A stretch of DNA of 64,000 bases from NCBI GenBank assembly GCA_030704615.1, contig CM060734.1, forward strand, positions 13,702,001-13,766,000, written 5' to 3'. Below the pieces are notes generated by a model. It was not told where the DNA came from. It saw nothing but the letters and a program-made list of their open reading frames with translations, and ran no database searches. The DNA is from Takakia lepidozioides (lineage: Eukaryota > Plantae > Bryophyta). A program made the position numbers and the translations under genes. Shown in pieces: positions 25,251 through 36,519 of this stretch; positions within the stretch are counted from its first letter, which is position 1; every line of letters begins with the position of its first letter.

Positions 25251-28200
25251 AGCTTGGCTATGGCTGAGCAACGTAGAGTGCGGAGTGCACTCCCTTTCAT
25301 GGTCTCTCTGCCTACCGAGACGGTACAGGCAGCGAGTGGGGGCGAGCCGGTGAGGACCACGGGGTGTAGACATCCATGGCACACGTGGGAGGTGCTCGAG
25401 GTCCAAAGGGAGTTGGCAGCCAAGGCAGCTGTGATGGATGAGGTTGGGGATTTTTCTCGGGTTGAGGAGGTTCTCAATGATGAGATGATGAGGCAGGATG
25501 AGGCCTTGTCATTGATTGAGCAGGAAGGGAGTACTGCTCAAGAGGTTGCAGCATAGCAACCACGGGACGCGTCCTCTACCTCTAAGCCCACTAGACTTAA
25601 GGTTGCAGTTACAGAGGACAATTGGGAGCCTGACATTGGATCCATTGTCACCGGAGGAGAGAGACGACGTATACGGCGGTTCCTGAGGGCTTACAGGAAT
25701 TGCTTTGCATTCAGTTTGAAGGACTTGGGAGCATTGAAGGGTCAAGAGATCCGTATTGAGTTGGCCATTGACACGCCAATCTTTGGGAGACCCTATAGAT
25801 ACAGTGACATGGAGAGGTCTTTGATTCAGATGAGGACTCAAGATCTCTGGGAGGCAGGTTTGGTGGAGCTCTCTGGTGGAGAGTATGCTTCAGCCACAGT
25901 GATGCCAGCCAAGAAGGATGTCTATGGCAATTGGACGGAGAGACGTATGTGCGGTGATTACCGGCCTGTAAATCATCATACCAAGTCCGATAAGTATGCC
26001 ATGCCAACACCAGAGGAGATCTTTGATGCCATCGGGCATGCTAAGGTCTTTAGCACTTTGGATTTACGATCCAGATATCACCAGTTGCCAATCAAGGAGG
26101 CGGACAAGCAGAAGAAGGCATTCTGGGGGATCAATGAGCACGACAAGGATTGCCTATATCAGTGGCGGTTCTTACCATTTGGGCTTAAGAATGCTCCTGC
26201 AGAGTTTCAAAGAGTCATGGATAGGATTCTAGCAGGGGTGGACTTTGCTCGGTGCTACATAGATGACATCATCATCTTTAGTATTACGATGGAGGAGCAT
26301 GAGAGACACCTTCAGGTGGTATTGGAGCGCTTGAGAGCGCACGGATTGAAGTTGCATCCGGGGAAGTGCAAGTTTTTCCACAACCAGATTGAGTATCTGG
26401 GTCACATGATATATCATGGAGGATTGGGGGTACAGCAGACTAAGGTAGAGGCCATTGCACAAATTCCACGCCCCACGGATGTGAGCCGAGTTCGAGCTTT
26501 CATGGGGTTGGCAAACTATTATAGACGGTTTGTCAAGGGATTTAGTACCATTGCAAAGGCTCTAACCAAGCTGACCAAGGTGGACCAGGAAGATGAGCAG
26601 GAACGAGCTTTTCAAGAGCTCAAGGCGAGGTTGACCTTGGCGCCTATCTTGAGACGACCTATCAGGGGGCGTCCCTTTCAGCTGCATACGGATTGGAGCA
26701 TGCTGGGGCTTGGAGCGGTGCTCACACAGGTGGATGCTGAGGGAAGAGAGTTTGTAGTGGCTTATGCTAGCCGCTCAAACAACACTGCAGAGGCTAAGTA
26801 CAGCTCATATGAGTGAGAGTGCTTAGCTGCAGTGTGGGCCGTGGCACACTTCAGGTGCTATCTATACGGCAATCTTTTCACCCTTGTCACGGATCACCAG
26901 CCACTCAAGTGGTTGATGGAGTCAGACAAGCTTACGGGGAAGCTTGCACGGTGGGCACTCATACTCCAGGAGTATGACTTTCAGGTTGTGCATCGACCGG
27001 GTTTGGTCAATCGGGATGCGGATGGATTGAGTCGCAATCCATGCATGAGCCAGCAGGATGACACTGGAGCTCGGTGGCATGGTGAGACGGACGAGGAGAT
27101 GGTGCCGGGATGGCACGCATCTGCATTTTTGTGTATCTTGGCATCGGGAGGTCAGGTTCGACCTACAACAGGGATGACTGTAGACGGAGTGTCTGAGGAC
27201 CCTAAGGCTAGTGATGAGCCAGGTGGTGCCAAAGATATACATGAGGATTCGGCTGTGTTGGACTACCTCCGCACGGGAGACACGGCAGCCACTGTGACTT
27301 CCAGGGAGAGGGATCGGATCCTGCAACGAGCCAAGAGGTTCAAGTGGGAGGGGATACACCTACTTCGAGTGTGGGAGGATGGTCGGGTGAGGATTGTGCC
27401 TCACCCCACACGTGCATGGTTAGTGCGGCATGCCCATGAGGAATTGGGGCATTTTGGAGTGCGACGCACTCACAGTTTACTGCAAGGGCAGTATTGGTGG
27501 CGTGGTATGCATACAGAGGTGCAACAGTTCGTGGCTAGGTGCATGGTGTGTGACAGGGTGCGTGCTTCATTCAACACCCCTACACCACAGTTGCATCCTT
27601 TACCAATCATGGGATTGGGCTACAGGTGGAGTCTTGACTTCGCAGGACCGTTGCCATCGACTATGCGCCACCACAGATATGTGTTGGTGATGGTGGAGCA
27701 CTTCTCCAAGTGGATTGAGTTGGTTCCATTGCCTGACAAGGCTAGTGAGGGGGCTGCGTATGCATTCTTGGATCGTGTGCTTAGCCGATTTGGTGCTCCA
27801 GCTGAGGTACTCACGGACCAAGGGAGAGAGTTTTTGGGGGAGTTTCAGGTTTTGTGTGATAAAGCCTTGATAGACCACCGCACCACTTCTCGGGATCATC
27901 CTGAGGCCGATGGCTTAGCAGAGAGAGTTGTTCAGACGGTGAAGAGGGGTTTGCGCAAGTATGGCTTGAGGAAGGGACACCTAGGAGATTGGGATCTTCA
28001 GGTTCCTTGGTTAGCCATGGGCTACAGGTTCAGCAAACAAGCATCACTTGCCTCCTTCTCACCATATTTCCTTCTCTTTGGCCGAGAGCCGGATTTGCCT
28101 ACAGCCATTCGTAGGGACACTGCTCAAGTCCTTAACCTTGACGATCCGGACGTGTGGGTACGTGCATGTGATCAGCGTGCAGAGTTGTTCAAGAAAGTCA

Positions 28201-28532
28201 TGCCCATGGCTTTTGAGAACCTTGCCATTGCACAGCACCGTGATACGTTGAGGTATGCCACTATACGTGGTGGAGGATATCGTCCTGGGGTTCGGAGGTT
28301 TAGCCCTGGTGACTATGTTTATTTGCAATAGACTGCTCCTACGACTCTGGATGTTACTGCAGGGCGTGTTATTCTGAGGGTTCGAGAGGTGTTGCCCTCA
28401 GGGGTCCTGATCTTGGAGGGTCGGGATGGCATGACTTGGAAGGACCATGTGCATAATTGTGCGCCATGTCACCTTCCCAATGTTGATGGTAGAGTTGACC
28501 CAAACTTGGCAGTGGTACCTGCAGGTTTGAGG

Positions 28533-28667
28533 TGCATGCTCTGTGGGTCTGCCAAAGGGGCAGCCACCATGCTGGTGTGTGATCGATGCTCAAGGGGTTG
28601 GCATATGGGATGCTTGACACCACCTCTTGAGAAGGTTCCTGACGGAGATTGGTTGTGTCCACACTGC
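28533..28667 (+). CDS. PHD finger at integrase C-terminus (domain of polyprotein)
   Basis: C4HC3 pattern CMLC..MLVCDRCSRGWHMGCLTPPLEKVPDGDWLCPHC. Confidence 0.93.
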
Positions 28668-28936
28668 TTGGGATAGTGGCAGTGGACATGACTAGAGGCA
28701 GTTAACAAGACATGGGAGGCCAAGCTCATAGGAGTCAATACATGAGATCCCAAGCTCAAGTTCACAGGTTGCAAGACGGTGACTAACGATGGGGCAACTC
28801 TTGCACCCGGCCTCTTGATCTATCGAGTTTGAGTGTAGTAGGAATAGTGGTGGAGGACTTAGTGAGGCTATGGTCACTATCACATCTTGTGGCTACCTGG
28901 ACTTAGAGGGACCTAAGCACCAGCTAGGGGGGTGAT

Positions 28937-29112
28937 TATGCGGACTAGTGACTGCCATAGTGGGCAGCATAGTGGCAGCCTAGTGACTGGCTAGTTGTAG
29001 CCTAGTGGTTGGACTAGTGGTGGACTAGTGGTATACTAGTATGTGGTGTGCACATGTGTTGTGTGGTTTTGGATAGCGATGTAGTTGTGTAGCGATATGT
29101 AAGCACACGACA
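28937..29112 (+). repeat. Short 3' LTR of element A (176 bp, with internal ctagtgg repeats)
   Basis: Follows the PPT, ends ...cacgaCA, and both ends match the 86-bp inverted copy at 20681-20766. Confidence 0.75.
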
Positions 29113-30570
29113 AAATCTCGAAGCGAACGAAAATCATTTAGATGGGCAACCATCCGTTGGGCCATTGTACGAATTTCGTTTCATCTCATATTACTCTGGG
29201 ACCTCTTAGATGGTACATTGAACATACTGGCCAAGTCTGAAAGCGAACTAAAATCATTTCGATGGGCAACCACCATCTATTGAGCCATCCAATGAATTTT
29301 GATTGATCTCATATTAGTCCGGGACCTGTGAGAGGGTGTACCAAACGTATTGGCAAAGTTTGAAATCAAACAAAAATGATTTGGATGGGCAACCATCCGT
29401 TGACCCATTCAATGAATTATGGTTAATACTGGCTAATACTGTGGGACCTGTTGGACTGGTTGCACACATGTTCAAGCACATGCGGGAAAAAGATGAGCCT
29501 TGACCTCATATGTTCAATGGGTGCAATAGCCGTTCACCCATGACAGCATTTCTTTTTCCTAATGAATAAAATTGGATGACAGGTGAACGCCTCATTGGCC
29601 CATTGAACAATTTTCATTGGATCTCATATTACTCTGGGACCTCTCAGATGGTACATTGAACATACTGGCCAAGTCTCGAAGCGAACAAAAATCATTTGGA
29701 TGGGCAACCATCCGTTGGCCCATTGAACGATTTTCGTTTCATCTCATATTACTCCGGGACTCTTACATGGTACATTCAACGTACTGGCCAAGTCTCAAAG
29801 CGAACCAAAATCTTTCGATGGGCAATCATCCGTTGAGCCATCGAATGAATTTCGATTGATCTCATATTAGTCCGGGACTTGATAGATGGTATGTTGAACA
29901 TAGTGGCAAAGATTGAAAACAAACGAAAAACATTTGGATGGTCAATCATTCGATCGCCCATTGAATGAATTTCGTTTCGTCTCATAATTGACCGGGACCT
30001 GTTACATGGTATGCATTTTGAAGCTCTTTTTGTAGTGTCTCCTGCTTCGTAATGCGGTGCTTTTCCATGTCCACTTTTTCCAACGTTGATGTTCTCCACC
30101 TGAAACAGATCCACACATGTGTACAGAAATCCTTAAATAACCAAATAACCATTGGAACTTTTACAAGCCTCATCCCCAGCTTCAAGTTTTGATGGTCATT
30201 TGGTTTTTTTAAGTATTTCTATACACATGTGTGGATCTGTTCCAGATGAAGAACATCAACGTTGGAAAAATAAGAGCTGGAGAAGTACCTCATTACGAAG
30301 CAAGAGACATTACAGAAGACCTCAACATATTGAACATTTGGATAAAACCTTGCTCATCGTCACTTCAAGCGCTTCTGAAATGATCACATGTTTGTTGGTG
30401 GAAGCTAACGCGTCCTCGTCTCCCAACCATGTCTCCCCCTAGGCAACATTGATCTTGTACCGGGACCTGTTGCATGGTATGTTGAACGTAGCAGCAAAGT
30501 TGAAGCAAACAAAAACCATTTGGATCGTCAAGCATTCGAGAGGGAGGTGAATGATTCGATCGCCCATTGA
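29113..30570 (+). repeat. ~120-bp tandem repeat (satellite or subterminal type), interrupted
   Basis: gcgaac.aaaatcattt.gatgggcaaccatccgttg.gccat..gggacct..atggtac.ttgaacatactggccaagtc recurs about every 120 bp at 29113-29460, 29600-30010 and 30440-30570. Confidence 0.9.
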
Positions 30571-30599
30571 TCAAGCACCTTCATGGGGGGGGGGGGGGG

Positions 30600-30612
30600 C
30601 GCTATATAAACC
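30600..30612 (+). promoter_or_regulatory. Putative TATA box upstream of kinase ORF
   Basis: ctatataaacc, conserved as ctatataagcc at ~43116 upstream of the other kinase 5' copy. Confidence 0.4.
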
Positions 30613-31146
30613 ATTCTCCTCCCTGTGTGATCACTTTTGCCCCTCTCGTGATGCGGTTTCTTGGCATCATGTAGTTATATCAGACTTCGTTGCTTGACAC
30701 TGCCAACGGGAGGTGCGAAGGTGATTTTTTATTTATTTTTTGGAGGGGGGGGTCGGTTTTCTATTGGTCAGTCCCACACCCTTGTTCACGGTTCAATCAT
30801 CGTAGCACCAATTTGCCGTTTTCGGATCTGCTGTGACCTGTTTTTTTGTAGAAACTTCCACACGCGTCCATTGCCGTTTTCTGAGGTTTTGTCCCTTGTA
30901 CTGGACAAAGGTTTATACAATGTCAGGGGTTATGAATTCAAGTTCTGGGGCGGGGTCGTCGTCTGGGGGTTGGAGGAAGAGAAAATGTGCCCACGAGCGG
31001 GATAGTCAGATCAATAAGCAAGACTACCCGGGACCGGATGCCTTGGATAGGGTGAAGTGGTAGTTAATTATTTCAAGGGCAGGGACATAATGAGGCTGGA
31101 GAGTGCTAGGCATGGATAGGAAGGGTTTCAAAATTCCCAGCAGAAT

Positions 31147-32336
31147 ATGGAGAAGAAAATGACGGACGCTTTGGCTGGGGTTAAGTGGACGGCGAACAGG
31201 GACAAGCCGAATTTCAATCAGTGGATCCAAAGTAGGACGAAAGACGTCATGTGGAATTTGAGGCAGCTAATGAAGACATGGAAGGGTAGAACGACTGAGG
31301 GTCGGGTGCCCTCTGCCGAAGCAGAGGCTCACTCGGCAAGTCAGAATTCACATCGCTACATTAGGTTAGTCCCTTGGAAGGCGGGGTCATCGGACGGGGG
31401 AGGCACGACTTCTCTTTATTACGTGAACTCAAGTGCAAGAGTGGTACAGATTGGCCATTACAAAGAAGGAGGGTATGCTAAGGTCCGTCAGTGTAGGATT
31501 GTTGGCGATTCTAGAATACCAGAGCGTTGGGAGCTAGCGGGAAAAAAACCCAAGTCCAAAAATCCAGAAAAGGCGCTGAGACAACATAACGACGAGTGTT
31601 TGGCAGTGAAGTTCCAGCATCCAGGTGTTATCTCATATTTTGCTGTGAATGCACGTGAGGTAGAGGGTTACACTCGCTGGTGGAATGGGGGGACAATACG
31701 CGACATGATGAACCTTGACAGAAAATGAGGCAACGATTGAAACAACAGAGAGATTTTTTCTTTAAAAAAAAAACGGAAGAATAGTTCCAGGAATGCGATC
31801 GCTTGCTTCGTTTCCGGAAAGTGCACAGTAAATTTGCATTGGCACTGATGTGTATCATGGATGTTGTCCATAAGAACGGTATCATGCATAACGAGTTGTC
31901 CCCCGACAACATCTTGGTGCATTTTCCAGATGGCACCGAGGAGATCAAGATTGGGGCGTGTGATTGGGGCTTAGCCACCCCATTGGAGATACGCAAAGCC
32001 TCGTCGTACCAGTTTGAAAACCAAGACAAGCTGGACCGGGAACTCGCGAAAAGATGGTGGGTGGAAAAAGATATTGCGAATGCCACCCCCCCCTCCCAGG
32101 ACATGACGTCGGAGGCCTTTGCCGTTGGGAAGATAGCGGTACGAATAAATGACGACGCTCATTCTGATCAAAGTATGTTCGAGGACCAATCTACGGGAGG
32201 TTGTTGGCATTCAATGCTACAAAGGTTGTATGACAAGAACGAGAAGGAGAGAGTCACATTAGCCCACGTAGTACAGAGGTTCATGGGCAAGCCATTCTAT
32301 TGGCCTGTGCCAGTAGTCGTATATATGACAGAGTAG
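31147..32336 (+). pseudogene. Intronless divergent protein kinase (broken at ~31730-31800)
   Basis: G-loop EGGYAKV, LAGK lysine, NDECLA alphaC, HPGVI, catalytic loop HNELSPDNIL (HNDL in copy 2), DWG in place of DFG. Confidence 0.85.
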
Positions 32337-32363
32337 ACCATATTACATAGTCTCGTAAATGGT

Positions 32364-33910
32364 TTGTGTATCGTCTCACTGTTCATATTTGTAATGTTCC
32401 ATCATTTTTGATAGGGTTTTGAGAAAACAATGTATTAGTTCCGTAGGAGTTAGACAACAAACGTCCCACATCTCATTCGGATGTACGACACTACCATGAG
32501 AGGCATGAGTCCGTAAGTAACATGTGCACATGCGACCTCCGAAGTTCAAATGTTCGATACTAGGTCCAGCGAATGGTTTACTGGAACGTCCAGAGGTCGC
32601 ATGTACCCTGTTACTTACAGACTTATGCCTCTCATGGTAGTGTCATACATGAGAATGAGATATGGAATGTAAGTTGTCTAACTCCTACAGAACCAATACA
32701 TCGTTTTTCTCAGTACCTTATCAGAAACGTTGGAACACTGAAACATACAAACAGTGACACAGTACACGGCCGGTTTTGTTGAAATGACATCTGTGAGGTT
32801 CGAGCGTATGCAATTTATTATTTACATCGGAACTTTATTTACTCGGGGGACCGGTACTGCTGCTAGAGCGCAAGTTGCAACTGATGGTGCGAGTTCTCTA
32901 TTGATTGGAGCTGTCACAACCAATGTCAACAATCATATTTACGGTAAGGTGTTTGATACTATTGTTGTTCCTCTAGCTGAATTCTGTAGTACTCTTTTTG
33001 CTATTCCCATGCCAACAACATCAGGTCCTCTGAGACTGTCATATTCAAATGAACGTATCAACCACCCCGGCTAGCCACGACCCACCATAAATAGAATGAA
33101 TTGGAGATTTGGTGCTCAGTTCCTGGTTCCATGTCCGTGGTGGCTGATACGGAATTCGGAATATGGCAGTCCCAGTGGACCTGATATTGTTGGCATGGGA
33201 GTAGCAAAATGATTCAAATCAGCTACATGAACATCGGCAGTATGAAACACCTTGCAGTACATATGATTATTGAGATTGTTTGCACGGATTATTTGTGTTT
33301 GTGCCTTCAAGTGACGAACATTTCTGCCATAGTGCGGAAAGGTGCATTGGCCACATTAAACGGTTGATGTGATATTATTTCACAAATGTATCACATTGCA
33401 TTTGTGAAAATGTATCACATGAACCGTTCCATGTGACCTACGGGAGTCTTGGACTAGTACGAGATCAATGTGGCCTACGGGGAAGCATGATTGGCAGACG
33501 AGGACGCGTTACCTTCAGCCTCCCACCAACAAACATGAAATCATTTCAGAAGCGCTTCAAGTGACGAACGAAATGGTTCATTTGACATCATCCAAATGTT
33601 GAACATGTTGAGGTCTTCTGTAATGTGTTCTGCTTCATAATGTGGTGTTTCTCTAGCTCTTCTTTTTCCAATTTGATGACATTCTTGATCTAGAAGACAT
33701 CCAGACGTGTATAAAAATCCTTAAGAAAAAAATAACCATGAAAATTTGAAGCTGCAATCCGGGAATGACACTTCAAATTTTCATGGTTATTTGGTTTTTT
33801 TAGGATTTATATACACCTGTGGATCTCGTCCAGATCGAGAATAGCACCAGAAAGAGGACATAGAGAAGCACCGCATTACGAAGCAGGAGACACTACAAAA
33901 AGAGCTTCAA
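32364..33910. repeat. Three consecutive long imperfect foldbacks (32364-32767, 32917-33282, 33605-33910)
   Basis: Example arm pairs: gacactaccatgagaggcat / atgcctctcatggtagtgtc; cccatgccaacaacatcaggtcc / ggacctgatattgttggcatggg; ataaccatgaaaatttgaag / cttcaaattttcatggttat. Confidence 0.85.
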
Positions 33911-34129
33911 AAAAAAAAATGGCATTATGCTTGAAAAGGCGCGACAGGCCAGTGGCGCCTCGCCATGTGCCAGGGCGGCGCGACTGGCTAGTCGCACCTC
34001 GCAACGCGCACCCGCATGGAAGAGGTCAAAAGTTCAATTTTTTATTTTATTTTATTTTATTTTTTATTTTTTTCCTTGACCCGTGACACCTCGCCACGTG
34101 GCCAGGCGCCGCTTGATGATTTTAAAAAA

Positions 34130-34807
34130 AACCACTCGCTGGTGGAATGGGGGGACAATACGCAACATGATGAACCTTGACAGAAAATGGGGCACGATTC
34201 GGACAACGGGGTGATTTTGGAACACAAAGGCGAACGGAATCAGAGTTCTCCAGGAATGCTCTCGCTTGCTTCGTTCCGGAAAGTGTGCAGTAAACTTGCA
34301 TGGGCACTGGTGTGCATCATGGATGTTGTCCACAAGAACGGTGTCATGCACAACGACTTGTCCCCGACAACATCTTGTTGCATTTTCCAGATGGCACCGA
34401 GGAGATCAAGATTGGGGTGTGTGATTGGGGCTTAGCCACCCCATTGGGCATACGCAAAGCCTCATCGTACCAGTTTGAAAACCAAGACAAGCTGGACCGG
34501 GAACTCGCGAAAAGATGGTGGGTGGAAAAAGATATTGCATCGGTTTTCAATGCGAATACCTCCCCCCCGGGACATGACGTCGGAGGCCTTTGCCGTTGGG
34601 AAGATATCGGTACGAATAAATGGCGGCGCTCATTATGATCAAAGTATGTTCCAGGACCAATTTACGGGAGGTTGTTGGCATTCAATGCTACAAAGGTTAT
34701 ACGACAACACAACGAATGAGAGAGTCACATTAGCCCATGTAGTACTTCAGTTCATGGGCAAGCCATTCAATTGGCCTGAGCCGAAAGACGTATATAAGAC
34801 GGAGTAG
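34130..34807 (+). pseudogene. Second kinase copy (C-lobe, frameshifted); start of ~2.4-kb duplication of 31670-33910
   Basis: RWWNGGTIRNMM..HKNGVMHNDLS..IGVCDWGLATP. The foldbacks repeat at 34885-35410, 35477-35858 and 36145-36460. Confidence 0.85.
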
Positions 34808-36519
34808 ACCATAGTCTCGTAGATATGAGATTTCTGGTGGTACAATGGTTCTTTTATAAAGACATAACTCAATTTTCATCGTGCATGTAATAAATAAAGT
34901 CTCATTGTAAATACTACATTGCATATGCTCGACCCTGGCACCTGTCATCGCAACATTAATGGTTTGTGTACTGGCTCACTGTTTATATTTGTAATGTTCC
35001 AAGGTTTCGGATAGGGTTATGAGAAAACGATGTATTAGTTCTGTATGAGTTAGACAACAAACGTCTCATCTCATTCAACTGTGCGACACTCGGAATAGGA
35101 GTATAGGTGCACATGCGACCTCTGAACGTTTGATACTAGGTCTCTACTTAAACGTACGGAGGTCGCATGTACACCTATTACTTTTTTATCCATGTCACTC
35201 ATGGTAGTGTCGCACAGTTGAATGAGATATGGAACGTTTGTTGTCTAACTCCTATGGATCCAATATATCATTTTCTCAGTACCATGTCAGAAACATTGAA
35301 ACATTCGCAGTTATAACCGTGCCACAATACACGGCCGGTTTTGTTGAAATGACATTTGTGAGGTTCGAGCGCATGCAATTTATTATTTACAAAAGAATTT
35401 TATTTACTCGGGGGGACTGGGTACTGCTGTTGGAGCGCAACCTGATGGTGCGAGTTTCTCTTGATTGGAGCTGTCACAACCAATGTCAACAATCATATTT
35501 ACGGTAAGGTGTTTCATGCTATTGTTGTTCCTCTAGCTGAATTCTGTAGTACTCTTTTTGCTATTCATATGCCAACGTCCTCTGATAATGTCATGTTCAA
35601 ACGGACGTATCAGCCACCCCGGCCAACTTGCAGGCTGCAGCCATGGCCCACCATAAATATTTAATGAATTGGAGATTTTGTGCGAAGTTCCTGGTTTTCA
35701 TGTCCGTGGTGGCTGATACATAATTCAAATATGGCAGTTCGAAGTGGACCTGATGTTGTTGGCATGGGAGTAGCAAAAACGATTCCTAAATAATTCAGCT
35801 ACATGAACATTGGTAGTATGAAACACCTTGCAGTACATATGATTCTTGAGATTGTTTGCACGGATTATTTGTGTTTGTGCTTTCAAGTGGCGAACATTTC
35901 CTCCATGGTGCGGAAGACGTGCATTGGCCACATTAAACGGTTGATGTGATACCATTTCACAAATGTATCACATCGCATTTGTGAAAATGTCCATGAACCG
36001 TTCCATGTGGCCTACGGGAGTCTTCGATGATACGAGATCAATGTGGCCTACGAGATCTGCTTCCACCAACACATGTGATCATATCAGAAGCGCTAGAACT
36101 TTTGAAGCTACGATGGGCAAGGTTCTTCATCCAAATGTTCAACATGCTGAGGTCTTTTTGTAATTCTCTTGCTTCGTATAGGTGTTTCTGTTTCTCCAAC
36201 TCTTATTTTTCCAATGTTAATATCTTCCATCTGGAACATATCCATGCATGCGTATATAACTTAAAAAACCAAATGACCATCAAAACTGGAAGCTGGGGAT
36301 GAGGCTTATAAAAGTTGAGATGGTCATTTGTTTTTTTAAGGATTTCTGCACACATATGTGGATCTGTTCTAGGTGGAGAATATTTAACATATTGGATAAG
36401 TGGATATGGAGAAGTCACCGCATTATAGGCAAGAGACACTACAAAAAAAACTTCAAACGGCATACCATGTAACAGGTCCCAGTATAATTAAAGACGAAAC
36501 CCCATTCATTCAATGGGCG

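Larger units (their letters stand above)
21397..28676 (+). pseudogene. Gag-PR-DNMT-RT-RH-INT-PHD polyprotein of element A (several stops and frameshifts)
   Basis: Consecutive ORF pieces 21397-21843, 21847-23277, 23465-23902, 24440-25055, 25101-25556, 25716-26816, 26832-28331 and 28389-28676. Most lesions are open codons in copy B. Confidence 0.92.
20900..29112 (+). mobile_element. Ty3/Gypsy LTR retrotransposon A carrying C5-DNA methyltransferase and PHD finger; direct 5' LTR missing
   Basis: Domain order is gag(2x CCHC)-PR(LLDSGA)-DNMT-RT(YIDD)-RNaseH-INT(HHCC, DDE)-PHD. PPT agggggg at ~28926-28932 is followed by the LTR. Confidence 0.93.

Noticed and set aside
20681-29112. DIRS-like element because of terminal inverted repeats
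   Set aside because: It encodes a DDE integrase and an aspartic protease, with no tyrosine recombinase.
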